DNA from: Methanothermus fervidus DSM 2088
Lineage (GTDB): Archaea > Methanobacteriota > Methanobacteria > DSM-2088 > Methanothermaceae
Assembly: GCA_000166095.1 (NCBI GenBank)
Contig: CP002278.1
Coordinates: forward strand, 840,001 to 872,000
Reading direction: 5' to 3'
Length of the DNA: 32,000 nt
The first letter of the stretch is position 1; every line of letters starts with the position of its first letter. Positions 10,092 through 20,777 of the stretch are shown one piece after another. Both the position numbers and the translations under genes were made by a program. Below the pieces are notes generated by a model that was given only the letters and a program-made list of their open reading frames with translations, did no database searches and was not told where the DNA came from.

Positions 10092-11042
10092 ATGCATTCG
10101 GTTGCTTCTGCACCAAATAAAATAATTTTATTTGGAGAGCATGCTGTAGTTTACAAAAAACCTGCAATTGCAGTAGCTATAAACAAAAGAGCAAAAGTTT
10201 CTATAAAAAATACCAAAAAAGATTCAACAATAATTAAATGTAATGATATAGGTCTTCATGCAAATATAAATCCTAAAACTTATAATATTGAATTTTTAGA
10301 AGGTAAAAAAGGAATATTAAATTACATTTTAGAAGTATTAAAATCTCATCATGATAATTCCCCTATAAAAATAGACATATCTTTGGAAGTTCCTTTGGGG
10401 ATAGGATTGGGATCATCAGCTGCAATTACTGTAGCACTAATAGCTGCACTACATAATTATCATGAAAAAGTCATCGATAAATCTTCGCTGTCAAAAAAAG
10501 CTCATGAAATAGAATTAAAAGTTCAGGGTGCAGCAAGTCCTCTTGATACAGCAGTGTCAACATATGGTGGAATGATTTATCTAAAAGATTCAAATATTGA
10601 ATATATTAAACCAAATATTGAAGGATCTTTTATAGTTGCATATACACCAAAACCAGCAGATACAAAAAAGATGGTATCGCTCGTAAAGAAGAAACTGGAA
10701 AAGTATCCAAACATTGTTGGCAATATTATAGATACTATAGGCAATGTAACTAAGACTGCATATGAACTAATAAAAGAAGGAAAATTTGAAAAAATTGGAG
10801 AACTAATGAATATAAATCATGGATTGTTGGATTCTATTGGTGTCAGTTCATCTGAATTATCACAGATGGTATACAGCGCAAGAAACGCTGGTGCACTAGG
10901 TTCAAAAATAACTGGTGCTGGTGGTAGTGGAAGTATAATTGCATATTGTATAAATAACGAAGATAAAGTGTTAAATACATTAAAAAGTCAGTGGGATGCG
11001 TTTAAAACTAAATTCTCAAAAGACGGTGTAATTATACATTAG
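10092..11042 (+). CDS. mvk: Mevalonate kinase
   Basis: 316 aa with APNKIILFGEHAVVY, the GHMP kinase motif PLGIGLGSSAA, and a C-terminal KITGAGGSGS. Confidence 0.9.
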   Translation: MHSVASAPNKIILFGEHAVVYKKPAIAVAINKRAKVSIKNTKKDSTIIKCNDIGLHANINPKTYNIEFLEGKKGILNYILEVLKSHHDNSPIKIDISLEVPLGIGLGSSAAITVALIAALHNYHEKVIDKSSLSKKAHEIELKVQGAASPLDTAVSTYGGMIYLKDSNIEYIKPNIEGSFIVAYTPKPADTKKMVSLVKKKLEKYPNIVGNIIDTIGNVTKTAYELIKEGKFEKIGELMNINHGLLDSIGVSSSELSQMVYSARNAGALGSKITGAGGSGSIIAYCINNEDKVLNTLKSQWDAFKTKFSKDGVIIH

Positions 11043-11050
11043 GTGTTTTC

Positions 11051-11806
11051 ATGATTATTATTAAGATAGGTGGTAGTGTTATCACTGATAAAAATTCAAA
11101 ATATCCTAAATTAAATAAAAAAAATTTGAAAAGGGTTTGTAAGGAAATTTGTGAAGTTATGCCCTTCCCTTTAATTTTGGTACATGGGGCAGGATCATTT
11201 GGCCATCCAATCGTAAAAAAATATGATATTATTGCTAATCCCAATAAAAAAGGTTTTTGTATTGTCCACTATTGGGTAAAAAAGTTAAATCTTTATGTTT
11301 GTAGGTATCTACTTAAATATGGTATGGATGTAGTATCCATACAACCTTCTTCATGTATTATAGCATCTGATGGGTTTATAGATTATTTTAATGTAAAAAT
11401 TATTGAGCGATATTTAGAAAAAGAAATCGTTCCTGTGTTATATGGGGATATAGTATTAGATAAATCATTAGAGTTTTCTGTTATTTCTGGAGATCAAATT
11501 GTAAGATATTTAGGAGAAAAAATGAAAGCTAATAAAATTATATTGGCTACAGATGTTGATGGTGTATATGATAAGGATCCAAAAAAACATAAAGATGCAA
11601 AATTAATAAAAAGGATAAAACCTGAAGATAAAATCAAATTAAAAGATTTTAAAGAAGACGTAACAGGAGGTATGGCAGGCAAAGTTTCAGAACTTTTAAA
11701 ATTAGCAGAAAAAGGTGTAAAATCTGAGATTGTAAATGCAAAAAAGAAAAACAGATTGAAAAAATTACTACTTGGGAAAAGAGTCCGTAGAACAATAATA
11801 GGTTAA
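11051..11806 (+). CDS. ipk: Isopentenyl phosphate kinase (amino-acid-kinase fold)
   Basis: 251 aa with IIKIGGSVITDK, LVHGAGSFGH, ATDVDGVYDKDP and VTGGMAGK. It sits between mvk and fni, as in other archaea. Confidence 0.85.
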   Translation: MIIIKIGGSVITDKNSKYPKLNKKNLKRVCKEICEVMPFPLILVHGAGSFGHPIVKKYDIIANPNKKGFCIVHYWVKKLNLYVCRYLLKYGMDVVSIQPSSCIIASDGFIDYFNVKIIERYLEKEIVPVLYGDIVLDKSLEFSVISGDQIVRYLGEKMKANKIILATDVDGVYDKDPKKHKDAKLIKRIKPEDKIKLKDFKEDVTGGMAGKVSELLKLAEKGVKSEIVNAKKKNRLKKLLLGKRVRRTIIG

Positions 11807-11809
11807 AGA

Positions 11810-12889
11810 TTGGAAGAAGGTGTAAAATTGACCTCAAATAGAAAACTAGAGCATTTAATACTTTGCCTATGTCGTGATGTAGAACACAAAAAGAAATCTG
11901 GTTTTCAAGACATCGAACTGATACATAGAGCATTGCCAGAGATAAATAAAGATGAGATAGATATTAGTGTAAATTTTCTTGGTAAAAAGTTAGAATCCCC
12001 TTTTATGATAACAGGTATAACAGGCGGTCATGAAATATCTTATAAGATAAACAAGGAATTAGCTAAAGCTGCTAAAGCTACTGGGGTAGCATTGGGTTTA
12101 GGAAGTCAAAGAGTTGCCATAGAAAATCCAGAGCTGGAATATACATATACAATTGTAAGAGAAGTAGCTGAAGATGCGTTTATTATAGGGAATATTGGGG
12201 TTAGTCATGTTAAATATGCAAAAAAAGCTGTTGAAATGGTTGATGCAGATGCCTTAGCAATTCATTTAAATCCATTGCAGGAAGCAATACAGCCAGAGGG
12301 CATTACTCACAGCAAGAAAACATTGGAAAAAATAGGAAAAATTGTGAAAGAGCTAGATGTTCCTGTAATAGTAAAAGAAACTGGTGCCGGAATATGTTAT
12401 GAAGATGCTAAATTGCTAAAAAATAAGGGAGTTGCAGCTATAGATGTTGCAGGTGCTGGTGGAACTAGTTGGTCAGCTGTAGAAGCATATAGATCTAAAA
12501 ATAGCCATTTAGGGAAACTTTATTGGGATTGGGGTATTCCAACAGCAATAAGTACTGTAGAAGTTCGGGAAGCTGTAGACATACCTGTAATTGCATCAGG
12601 TGGTATAAGAACAGGTTTAGATGCAGCAAAAGCTATTGCCCTTGGTGCAGACATAGTAGGCATGGCCTTACCAATAATGAAGAAGGCTTTTTTCGGATAT
12701 AAAGAAGTGATTTCATTTATTGAAAATTTCAATGAAGAATTAAAAATTGCAATGTATTTAGTTGGTGCAAAAAACATAGAAGAGCTAAAAAAATGTCCAT
12801 TGGTTATAAGAGGCAAAGTAAGGGAATGGCTACATGAAAGAGGATTCGACACAAAAAAATATGCAAGGAGGTCACTTCATGGACGTTGA
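11810..12889 (+). CDS. fni: Isopentenyl-diphosphate delta-isomerase, type 2 (FMN-dependent)
   Basis: TIM-barrel IDI-2 motifs are present ([44 protein letters not shown]). The start is uncertain. It is either TTG 11810, or TTG 11828, which follows an AAGGTG SD. Confidence 0.9.
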   Translation: MEEGVKLTSNRKLEHLILCLCRDVEHKKKSGFQDIELIHRALPEINKDEIDISVNFLGKKLESPFMITGITGGHEISYKINKELAKAAKATGVALGLGSQRVAIENPELEYTYTIVREVAEDAFIIGNIGVSHVKYAKKAVEMVDADALAIHLNPLQEAIQPEGITHSKKTLEKIGKIVKELDVPVIVKETGAGICYEDAKLLKNKGVAAIDVAGAGGTSWSAVEAYRSKNSHLGKLYWDWGIPTAISTVEVREAVDIPVIASGGIRTGLDAAKAIALGADIVGMALPIMKKAFFGYKEVISFIENFNEELKIAMYLVGAKNIEELKKCPLVIRGKVREWLHERGFDTKKYARRSLHGR

Positions 12890-14231
12890 AATAATTTCGA
12901 TAGGAGGCTACGAAGAAGTAGGTAAAAATATGACTGCAGTCAAAGTTGGGAAGGACATAGTAATTTTTGACATGGGCATTCATCTAGATAGAGTACATAT
13001 TCATGAAGATACTAATCTAGCACGTATGCACAGTCTAGAACTGATAAATAGGGGTGTAATACCTGATGACACAATTATGAGAAACGTGGATGGGAATGTA
13101 CGTGCAATAGTTTTTACTCATGGCCACTTAGATCATATTGGAGCTGTAACAAAGCTTGCAGAAAAATATAATGCACCTATAATATCAACTCCCTACACAT
13201 TAGGATTAATAGAAAGGATGTTAAAAAGTGAGAAAAAATTTAATGTACTTAAACGTTTACAAGTTCTAAAAGGTGGGGAAAAGTGTCAGATATCCTCTAA
13301 TATAATACTGGAATTCATACATGTGACACATAGTATTCCCCATTCAGTTATTGCAGTGTTACACACACCAGTTGGAGCAATAGTTTATGCACTTGACTTT
13401 AAATTTGATAATCATCAGATAATATCACCACCACCGCAATACTCAAGATTGAGAAAACTTGGCAAAGAAAATGTTTTTGCATTAATAGTTGAGTCAACTA
13501 GAGTTGGGGAAGTTTGTGAAGTTAAAACACATTCAGAAAGAATTGCAAGATTTGTACTTGAAGACATAATGAAAAATCTTTTAGATGAAAAAGTTGGAAT
13601 AATAATAACGACATTTTCTTCACATATAGAACGTATTCAAGCAATAGCTGATATTGTGGAGGAGAACAGCAATAGACACATGTTAATCCTTGGAAGATCT
13701 ATGGAACGTTATTGTAGTATAGCTGAAAATATGGAACTTTTAAAATTACCTGAAAATGCAAGTATATATGGAAATCCAAAAGCAGTGTCACAAGCACTTG
13801 CCAGGGCAACCGCTAATAAAGAAGACTATGTACTTATAACCACCGGACACCAGGGGGAACCAGATGCATTGCTTCCTAGAATAGCAAATTCGAAAACACC
13901 ATACAAAATACAGAAAACAGACAACATTATAATTTCTGCTCCAGTGATTCCACATCCTGTAAATACTGCAAACAGATATCTTATGGAAAAACGTCTTCAA
14001 GCAAGAGGAGCAAGGATATTTACAGATGTGCATGTTTCAGGACATGCTGGAAGAGAAGACCATAGAGACCTAATTAGAATGCTAAATCCAATGCATATAA
14101 TACCAGCTCATGGTGACCTCCAGATGTTATCAGCATATGCAGAACTTGCAGAAGAGGAAGGTTATAATCTTGGTGAAGATATACATCTTCTTCGAAATGG
14201 TCAGGCACAAGTTTTTGAAGGAGGACAATAA
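12879..14231 (+). CDS. rnj: Archaeal RNase J (metallo-beta-lactamase / beta-CASP ribonuclease)
   Basis: HxHxDH motif ([10 protein letters not shown]) and a beta-CASP C-terminal half ([16 protein letters not shown]). I prefer ATG 12879 ([17 protein letters not shown]) after SD GGAGGT, whereas the track's 12834 start lies inside fni. Confidence 0.85.
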   Translation: MDVEIISIGGYEEVGKNMTAVKVGKDIVIFDMGIHLDRVHIHEDTNLARMHSLELINRGVIPDDTIMRNVDGNVRAIVFTHGHLDHIGAVTKLAEKYNAPIISTPYTLGLIERMLKSEKKFNVLKRLQVLKGGEKCQISSNIILEFIHVTHSIPHSVIAVLHTPVGAIVYALDFKFDNHQIISPPPQYSRLRKLGKENVFALIVESTRVGEVCEVKTHSERIARFVLEDIMKNLLDEKVGIIITTFSSHIERIQAIADIVEENSNRHMLILGRSMERYCSIAENMELLKLPENASIYGNPKAVSQALARATANKEDYVLITTGHQGEPDALLPRIANSKTPYKIQKTDNIIISAPVIPHPVNTANRYLMEKRLQARGARIFTDVHVSGHAGREDHRDLIRMLNPMHIIPAHGDLQMLSAYAELAEEEGYNLGEDIHLLRNGQAQVFEGGQ

Positions 14232-15200
14232 ATGCATTATTTAGAAAAATATTCTAAATTAATTGAAGAGGAAATTAGGAAAAATATATCAGACATTGAA
14301 CCTACTGAATTATATAAATCATCAGCACATCTAATTGAAGCTGGTGGGAAAAGAATAAGACCATCATTAGTGTTGTTAAGTACAGAATCAGTTGGTGGAA
14401 AGATTGAAGATGCATTAAATGCAGCAACTGCTATAGAATTAATACATACATTCTCTCTTATACATGATGATATAATGGATAAAGATGAGGTTAGAAGAGG
14501 TAGGGCTACAGTACATGTCATATGGGGAGAACCTCTAGCAATCCTTGCAGGAGATGTTTTATTTTCAAAAGCATTTGAAGTCATGTTAAAAAGTAATATA
14601 GATGAAAAAAGATTGGTTAAGGTATTAGATGTCATGACAAAAGCTTGTGTCAATCTTTGTAAAGGGCAGGCATATGATATGTTATTTGAAAAAAATTTTG
14701 AAGTTAAAGAAAAAGAATATCTTGAAATGATATATTACAAAACTGCTTCTTTGATAGCAGCATCTACTAAAATTGGTGCTATAATTGGCAATGGATCAAA
14801 AGAAGAAATAAATGCTCTTTATAATTATGGAAAATTCCTTGGATTAGCATTTCAAATTCATGATGATTATTTAGATATCGCTGGGGATGAAAAACAATTG
14901 GGAAAACCTGTGGGCAGTGATATAGTTGAAGGAAAAATGACATTAATAGCTATAAAAGCATTAAATGAGGCTAATAAAGAAGATAGAGAAAAATTAATTT
15001 CAATTTTGCAAAGTGGTGATGAAAAAAAAGTAAAAGATGCAATAGAAATTTTTAAAAAATATAATTCCATAGAATATACACATGAAAAGGCTTTAAAATA
15101 TGCTAAAAAGGCAAAGGCCAGCATTGAAGTACTTGAAGATTCAAAAGCTAAAGATACGTTGCTTTCCATTGCTGATTTTGTTGTTAAAAGAGAATATTAG
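14232..15200 (+). CDS. idsA: Short-chain (E)-prenyl diphosphate synthase (FPP/GGPP synthase)
   Basis: 322 aa with the first and second Asp-rich motifs LIHDDIMD and IHDDYLD, plus GKRIRP. Confidence 0.88.
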   Translation: MHYLEKYSKLIEEEIRKNISDIEPTELYKSSAHLIEAGGKRIRPSLVLLSTESVGGKIEDALNAATAIELIHTFSLIHDDIMDKDEVRRGRATVHVIWGEPLAILAGDVLFSKAFEVMLKSNIDEKRLVKVLDVMTKACVNLCKGQAYDMLFEKNFEVKEKEYLEMIYYKTASLIAASTKIGAIIGNGSKEEINALYNYGKFLGLAFQIHDDYLDIAGDEKQLGKPVGSDIVEGKMTLIAIKALNEANKEDREKLISILQSGDEKKVKDAIEIFKKYNSIEYTHEKALKYAKKAKASIEVLEDSKAKDTLLSIADFVVKREY

Positions 15201-15202
15201 GG

Positions 15203-16888
15203 ATGATTATGGTCACAGATCTTAAAAAACTTGCTTATAAATGTGCTTTGAACAACGCTGTAAAACACGGAGGCAAAGCAAAAGAAAGCGCTGTCATTGG
15301 CATGATTTTTTCACTTGAACCAAAATTCAGAAAAAATGTTCAGGAAGTGATACAGGCTACAAAGGACGCTGTGAAAAAAGTAAACAAAATGGAAAAAGAT
15401 GAGCAGATTAAAGAGCTTGAAAGAATTGGAAAAATAAAAAGTAAAAGAAAAGAAAAAAAGGAAGAGTTAGAAGAGTTACCAGAACCTCACAAAAATGTAG
15501 TAATGCGTTTTGCACCAAGTCCAAGTGGTCCTCTACATATAGGACATGCAAGGGCTGCAATTCTTAATTATGAATATACAAAAAGATACAATGGAAAATT
15601 GATAATTAGAATAGAAGATACAGACCCCAAAAAAGTGTATCCTGATGCTTATGAGATGATACCTGAGGATCTTGAGTGGTTAGGTGTAAAATACGACGAG
15701 ATTGTTGTACAGAGTGATAGGATACCTATTTACTATGATATAGCAAAAGAGGTTATAAAGAGGAATGGCGGATATATATGTACCTGTGAACCTGAAAAAT
15801 TCAGAAATCTTCGTGACAAATCAATTCCTTGTCCTTGTCGTAATAATTCAGTTGAAGAAAACTTAGAAAAATGGGAACAAATGTTTGAAATGGATGAAGG
15901 TGAGGCTGTTTTAAGAATAAAAACTGATTTAAAGCATAAAAATCCAGCAGTCAGAGAATGGGTAGCTATGAGAATTGTGGATGCTGAACATCCAAGAGTA
16001 GGAGATAAATATAGAGTATTTCCAACAATGAATTTTGCTGTAGCTGTAGATGATCACTTAATGGGAATGACTCATGTACTAAGAGGAAAGGATCATTTAG
16101 CAAATACAGAAAAACAGAAATATCTTTATAAACACATGGAATGGGAACCACCTGTTTTTATTCATTATGGTAGGGTCATGATTGAGGATTCACAGCTTAG
16201 TACAAGTAACATTAGGAAAAAAATAGAAAAAGGTGAATATTCAGGATGGGATGATCCACGGCTTGGTACTTTAAGAGCTCTGAAAAGAAGAGGGATAAAA
16301 CCTGAAGCATTGAAAAAATTGATACTTGAAATTGGAATTAAAATGGCTGATGTCACAGTGTCTTGGGAAAAAATATATGGATTTAATAGAAACATTGTAG
16401 AGAAAGAGGCCAATAGGTACTTCTTTGTTCCTAATCCAAAAAAAGTTAAAATTAAAGGACTTCCAAAAAATTTTGAAGGCAAGGTTGTTAAACGACCTCT
16501 ACATCCTGATTTTCATGAAAGAGGGTATAGAAAGCTAACAATAAATAAATGTGTATATTTACCAACAGAAGATATTTCTGGCGATGGAATTAACTTCAGA
16601 CTTATAGATGCTATAAATGTTAAATTTGAGGAAAATGATGTAATATATCATAGCAAAAGCTTAGAAGATGCTCATAAAATAAAAGCAAAAATGATCCAAT
16701 GGTTACCTTGTGATGAAGTTATTAAAGCCAAAGTTATAATGCCTGATGCATCTGTTGTTAAAGGAGTAGTAGAGAAGAATATTTTGAAAGAGAAAACAAA
16801 TGATATTGTACAGCTAGAAAGATTTGGATTTGCAAGAATAGATAAAATAGATAAAAATGAAATAACATTATATTATTCCCATAAATAG
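15203..16888 (+). CDS. gltX: Glutamyl-tRNA synthetase (archaeal/eukaryal type)
   Basis: 561 aa with class I HIGH motif [13 protein letters not shown] and an archaeal GluRS-like catalytic and anticodon-binding region. Confidence 0.9.
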   Translation: MIMVTDLKKLAYKCALNNAVKHGGKAKESAVIGMIFSLEPKFRKNVQEVIQATKDAVKKVNKMEKDEQIKELERIGKIKSKRKEKKEELEELPEPHKNVVMRFAPSPSGPLHIGHARAAILNYEYTKRYNGKLIIRIEDTDPKKVYPDAYEMIPEDLEWLGVKYDEIVVQSDRIPIYYDIAKEVIKRNGGYICTCEPEKFRNLRDKSIPCPCRNNSVEENLEKWEQMFEMDEGEAVLRIKTDLKHKNPAVREWVAMRIVDAEHPRVGDKYRVFPTMNFAVAVDDHLMGMTHVLRGKDHLANTEKQKYLYKHMEWEPPVFIHYGRVMIEDSQLSTSNIRKKIEKGEYSGWDDPRLGTLRALKRRGIKPEALKKLILEIGIKMADVTVSWEKIYGFNRNIVEKEANRYFFVPNPKKVKIKGLPKNFEGKVVKRPLHPDFHERGYRKLTINKCVYLPTEDISGDGINFRLIDAINVKFEENDVIYHSKSLEDAHKIKAKMIQWLPCDEVIKAKVIMPDASVVKGVVEKNILKEKTNDIVQLERFGFARIDKIDKNEITLYYSHK

Positions 16889-16899
16889 GGGGAATAAAA

Positions 16900-18123
16900 T
16901 TGGCAAAAATCAATGAAAATTATTTATTACTTCCAGAAAATTACATATTTTCAGAAATTGAAGCAAGGATACAAAAATTCAAAAAAGAAAATCCTGATGC
17001 AAATATCATAGATTTAGGTATTGGGGATGTTACAAGACCACTACCTAAAGCTGTTATTGAGGCATTTCATCGTGCTGTAGATGAAATGGGAAGACCTGAA
17101 ACATTTAGAGGATATGGACCTGAACAAGGGTATAAGTTCCTTATTGAAAAAATAATAAAATATGATTATGAGAAAAGAAATATAGAATTGTCAGTAGACG
17201 AAGTTTTCATAAGTGATGGTGCAAAGTGTGACATAGCCAACATACAAGAATTATTTGATGTAAATAATCGTGTAGCTGTATTGGACCCAGTATACCCTGT
17301 TTATGTTGAAACAAATGTAATGGCAGGACGTGCAGGCAAACCAACTGATGGAAAATATGAAAATATTGTATATTTACCATGTAAAGAAGAAAACAATTTT
17401 ATACCTCCTCTACCAGATGAAAAAGTAGATCTTATATATTTATGTTATCCTAACAATCCAACAGGTACAGTGCTTACAAAAAAAGAATTAAAAAAATGGG
17501 TAGATTATGCACATGAAAATGAGAGTATAATTTTGTATGATGGAGCATATGAAGCATTTATTCAGGAAAAAAACATTCCACATAGTATATATGAGATTGA
17601 AGATGCTAAAGAGGTTGCTATAGAATTCAGAAGCTTTTCAAAAACTGCTGGATTTACAGGAGTTAGATGTGCATATTGTGTTGTTCCTCTCCAAGCCAAA
17701 GCAAAAGACAATAAAGGTAGAAAACATTCCTTAAACAAATTATGGAGACGTAGACAGGCAGCAAAGTTTAATGGAGTATCATACCCTGTTCAAGTTGCTG
17801 CGAGTGCTGTGTATACAAAAAGAGGACAAAGAGAGATTAAAGAGTCTATAGAATATTACTTAAATAATGCGAAAATTATGAGAAAAGCCTTGAAAAAAAT
17901 TGGTTTAAAGGCTTATGGAGGTGTAAATGCACCTTACATCTGGATAAAAACTCCTAATGGTATGAACTCTTGGGACTTTTTCGATTATTTACTTGAAAAC
18001 GCACAAATAGTTGGAACGCCAGGTATTGGATTTGGACCCAGTGGTGAAGGATACTTTAGGATAACCGCGTTTAATACAAGAGAAAATACTAAAGAAGCTA
18101 TGAAAAGATTAGAAGATTTGTAG
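16900..18123 (+). CDS. dapL: LL-diaminopimelate aminotransferase
   Basis: 407 aa with a DapL-like N-terminus ([18 protein letters not shown]) and the PLP lysine motif [15 protein letters not shown] start. Confidence 0.85.
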   Translation: MAKINENYLLLPENYIFSEIEARIQKFKKENPDANIIDLGIGDVTRPLPKAVIEAFHRAVDEMGRPETFRGYGPEQGYKFLIEKIIKYDYEKRNIELSVDEVFISDGAKCDIANIQELFDVNNRVAVLDPVYPVYVETNVMAGRAGKPTDGKYENIVYLPCKEENNFIPPLPDEKVDLIYLCYPNNPTGTVLTKKELKKWVDYAHENESIILYDGAYEAFIQEKNIPHSIYEIEDAKEVAIEFRSFSKTAGFTGVRCAYCVVPLQAKAKDNKGRKHSLNKLWRRRQAAKFNGVSYPVQVAASAVYTKRGQREIKESIEYYLNNAKIMRKALKKIGLKAYGGVNAPYIWIKTPNGMNSWDFFDYLLENAQIVGTPGIGFGPSGEGYFRITAFNTRENTKEAMKRLEDL

Positions 18124-18126
18124 TTG

Positions 18127-18531
18127 ATGAATATGACGAAGTTAAATCAAGTGTATAGATGTAATGTTTGTGGAAATATTGTAGAGGTTTTGAATCCAGG
18201 TGAGGGAAAGTTAGTTTGTTGCGGACAAGAAATGGAGTTATTGCTTGCAAGAAAGACTGATGTAGGTCCTGAAAAACATGTTCCTGTTATAGAGAATTTT
18301 GATAACAAAATTAAGGTAAGAGTTGGCAAGGTTCCACATCCAATGGAAAGTAATCATTACATTTTGTGGATAGAACTAATAACACCTAAAAAAAGTTATA
18401 GAATATCATTAAACCCTGGTGATAAACCTGAAGCAATATTTCCAAGGCCTAAATCTAAAAAATACATGGTTAGGTGCTATTGTAACATACATGGTTTGTG
18501 GCATGACTTAGAAGAAAAGATGAAATTTTGA
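18127..18531 (+). CDS. dfx: Desulfoferrodoxin (class I superoxide reductase)
   Basis: It has an N-terminal desulforedoxin-like Cys cluster (CNVCG...CCGQEM) and a neelaredoxin-type domain (EKHVPVI, HPME..HYI, CNIHGLW). The start is ambiguous among TTG 18124, ATG 18127 and ATG 18133. Confidence 0.85.
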   Translation: MNMTKLNQVYRCNVCGNIVEVLNPGEGKLVCCGQEMELLLARKTDVGPEKHVPVIENFDNKIKVRVGKVPHPMESNHYILWIELITPKKSYRISLNPGDKPEAIFPRPKSKKYMVRCYCNIHGLWHDLEEKMKF

Positions 18532-18540
18532 GGCCTTAAA

Positions 18541-19065
18541 ATGAGAAAAATTTTGCTGTCGCTGTTTTTTATTTTATTAATCTTTATTATTTTCCATGTT
18601 TATAGCAATGATCATGATCTAACAAAAATATCAGAGGAAATTAATAACCATCTTAAACAGGGAAATAAATACTATAATAATGCTGTTATAGCTATAAATT
18701 CTAATGATACCTATTCTGCCTCCAAAAATTGTGAAAACGCAATATCTGAATATAAAACTGTACAAAACTTAACATTATTGGCCTTATCTGAAGGAAAAAA
18801 TGATGAAGTTTTTAATAGATATCTTAATTTAGTTCTTAAGGACATAGAAAACAGAATAAATGCTGTAAATGAGTTAAAGTTAGCAATAGAAATGATCAGT
18901 AATGGTAAGAATGTAACTGCAAGAGAACATGTAAAGAACGCCAACTATTATATGCTGGTTTCAGAGAATTTAGAAAAAGAACGAGAAAAGATAATGAAAC
19001 AATATCCTCAAAAATTTATACAAGTTTATTTGTTGGTCCTTGATTTAGGTTTATATGTAGCATAG
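18541..19065 (+). CDS. Hypothetical signal-anchored / secreted helical protein
   Basis: 174 aa with an N-terminal hydrophobic segment ([15 protein letters not shown]), then a helical, N/K/E-rich region with N-x-S/T sequons. I recognise no family. The last 40 nt overlap the polB 3' end on the opposite strand. Confidence 0.5.
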   Translation: MRKILLSLFFILLIFIIFHVYSNDHDLTKISEEINNHLKQGNKYYNNAVIAINSNDTYSASKNCENAISEYKTVQNLTLLALSEGKNDEVFNRYLNLVLKDIENRINAVNELKLAIEMISNGKNVTAREHVKNANYYMLVSENLEKEREKIMKQYPQKFIQVYLLVLDLGLYVA

Positions 19066-20771
19066 AAGCCATCAGTGTCTGCATATACAGTATGAAATCC
19101 AAATTTTTCAGCTTCTTTTATAGTTTCTTTAATATATTTTCTACCCCATGCTGTTATTGCTTCTGCACATTCAATACAATACCATCTAAAATTAGGATAT
19201 CCATAAACACCATACATTGTGTTGGCTAATCTTTTCAATGCTTCTTGCTGTACATTTAAAATCTTTTTTTCTAGAGGATCTTTTGTTTTTTTCATCTTCT
19301 CTTTTATTTCTGCTCTTTCATCCAATATTTCTCCAATAATTGAAGGTATAAAACCTTTAGGCTTTTTTAAAAATTTATGTCCTGATTCTGGTGCAACATA
19401 AACATCTTTCTTATCTTCGTTTGTCAATGTATCAGGTGAAACATTTTTAGAAATTATTATACTTGGATATAAACTTTTAAAATCAAATTGTACAAGATCC
19501 TCATGTAATCCTTTTTCAGGTTCTTTTACATATCCACCTACAGGCCGTCTTCGTTTTCTTTCTTCAAGTTCAGCTTTTGATGGTTTGTTTGGTACCAATT
19601 CATTGCGTTCAAATGCTTTCCTGATTAAAAACCATTCTACTTGCTGTCCCGTTGTCATTCTTGCTATATCAGAAAGAGGCTGACCAACTATCCTTGTTAA
19701 TTCTAATATTAGAGGTAAAATTTTTTTAGCTATTTTGTATGTAGATTCTGCATCATCAAGAGAATATTTAAATAATTCGTCTCTTTTTTCATCACTATCC
19801 CAATACTTCCATAGTTCATCGCCAGGTATTCCTAACTTCTTCTCTTCACCAAACAATTCATAATAAACACGTTCAAGTGTATAGGTATCCAATCTTATAT
19901 ATTGCCGTATTACCCAATAAAGATCAACATGTAATATTCCTTTAATCATTGCTGCAGTTGAAAATCCTCTCCTCACAAACTTTATTTCTGATCCATCAAC
20001 TCCAAGATCTAATTTAATTCCCAACTTCCTTGCTCTATCTCTTATGTAAGGGAAATCAAAATTATCTGAATTATAACCAATAATTATATCTGGATTTTCA
20101 GACTTTACTATTTCTTTAAACCTTTCTAAAATTTCTTTTTCATTGGAAACTTCTTCAACAAAATTTAGTGTACTTCCTTCACTTGATATTACTTTCTTTA
20201 TACCAGAATTACCCACAATACTGATCATTATAATTTCATCTTTTTCTGGACGCGGCATGCCTTTTGGATTCCGAACTTCAATATCAAAAGCTAAAATTTT
20301 ATAATCATGATAAACATCTTTCAATACTTTAGGAGGTTTCTCAAGTTCTATAAAAGTGACATCGCCCCTTTTATATTCTTTACCTTCAGCAATGATTTTT
20401 GACATTGGGAATAAATTGTTATCAATAAGGTATCGTCTATAAAATGGAATATCATATTCTCTAATTTCCTTTACTTCATTTAATTTTCGTATCTTATCTC
20501 TGACTTTAGGAACTTCTTGAGGATGTAAAAAAACAACCTTCAAAACTTTTATTTTTTTACCTAAATCTCTTTTCTCTATAACTTTAATTTCTTCTACATC
20601 AAATTTTTCCAATTTTTCTTTACACTTTTCAATGTCTTTTGGTATAACATAGATATATGGCTTAAATGACCTATCTAATGCAATCACAGGTCTCCTATTA
20701 TTATCTTTACAAAATAAACGTACCACGGGTTTCTTATTTTCCGTCTTATAGTCAGCATCTAATAATATCAT
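19026..20771 (-). CDS. polB: Family-B DNA polymerase, large fragment (exonuclease + palm/fingers, no thumb): PolB1-type split polymerase subunit
   Basis: 581 aa. Exo I is FDIEV, Exo II is [10 protein letters not shown] and Exo III is [10 protein letters not shown]. Pol A is [10 protein letters not shown], Pol B is [13 protein letters not shown] and Pol C is YADTDGF. The ORF stops 12 codons after DTDG. Confidence 0.9.
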   Translation of the reverse strand: MILLDADYKTENKKPVVRLFCKDNNRRPVIALDRSFKPYIYVIPKDIEKCKEKLEKFDVEEIKVIEKRDLGKKIKVLKVVFLHPQEVPKVRDKIRKLNEVKEIREYDIPFYRRYLIDNNLFPMSKIIAEGKEYKRGDVTFIELEKPPKVLKDVYHDYKILAFDIEVRNPKGMPRPEKDEIIMISIVGNSGIKKVISSEGSTLNFVEEVSNEKEILERFKEIVKSENPDIIIGYNSDNFDFPYIRDRARKLGIKLDLGVDGSEIKFVRRGFSTAAMIKGILHVDLYWVIRQYIRLDTYTLERVYYELFGEEKKLGIPGDELWKYWDSDEKRDELFKYSLDDAESTYKIAKKILPLILELTRIVGQPLSDIARMTTGQQVEWFLIRKAFERNELVPNKPSKAELEERKRRRPVGGYVKEPEKGLHEDLVQFDFKSLYPSIIISKNVSPDTLTNEDKKDVYVAPESGHKFLKKPKGFIPSIIGEILDERAEIKEKMKKTKDPLEKKILNVQQEALKRLANTMYGVYGYPNFRWYCIECAEAITAWGRKYIKETIKEAEKFGFHTVYADTDGFYATYKPKSRTNK

Positions 20772-20777
20772 TTTATC

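Noticed and set aside
12834-12878. N-terminal extensions in the ORF track (RNase J 12834, L18e 5613, S15 23727, L34e 1208, L13 6008, AcnX 21959, small ORF 29167, 208-aa ORF 29418)
   Set aside because: In each case a downstream ATG is preceded by a GGAGG/GGTGA-type SD and matches the conserved family N-terminus. The extension would overlap the preceding gene.
14237-14653. 138-aa and 100-aa (14867-15169) ORFs antisense to idsA
   Set aside because: Same reasoning: they are fully nested antisense to a motif-bearing prenyltransferase gene and have no recognisable features.
18121-18140. UUGAUGA resembling a C box (possible C/D box sRNA) at the dapL/dfx junction
   Set aside because: No D or D' (CUGA) and C' boxes occur at appropriate spacing, and there is no terminal stem. 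The sequence is explained by the dfx start region.
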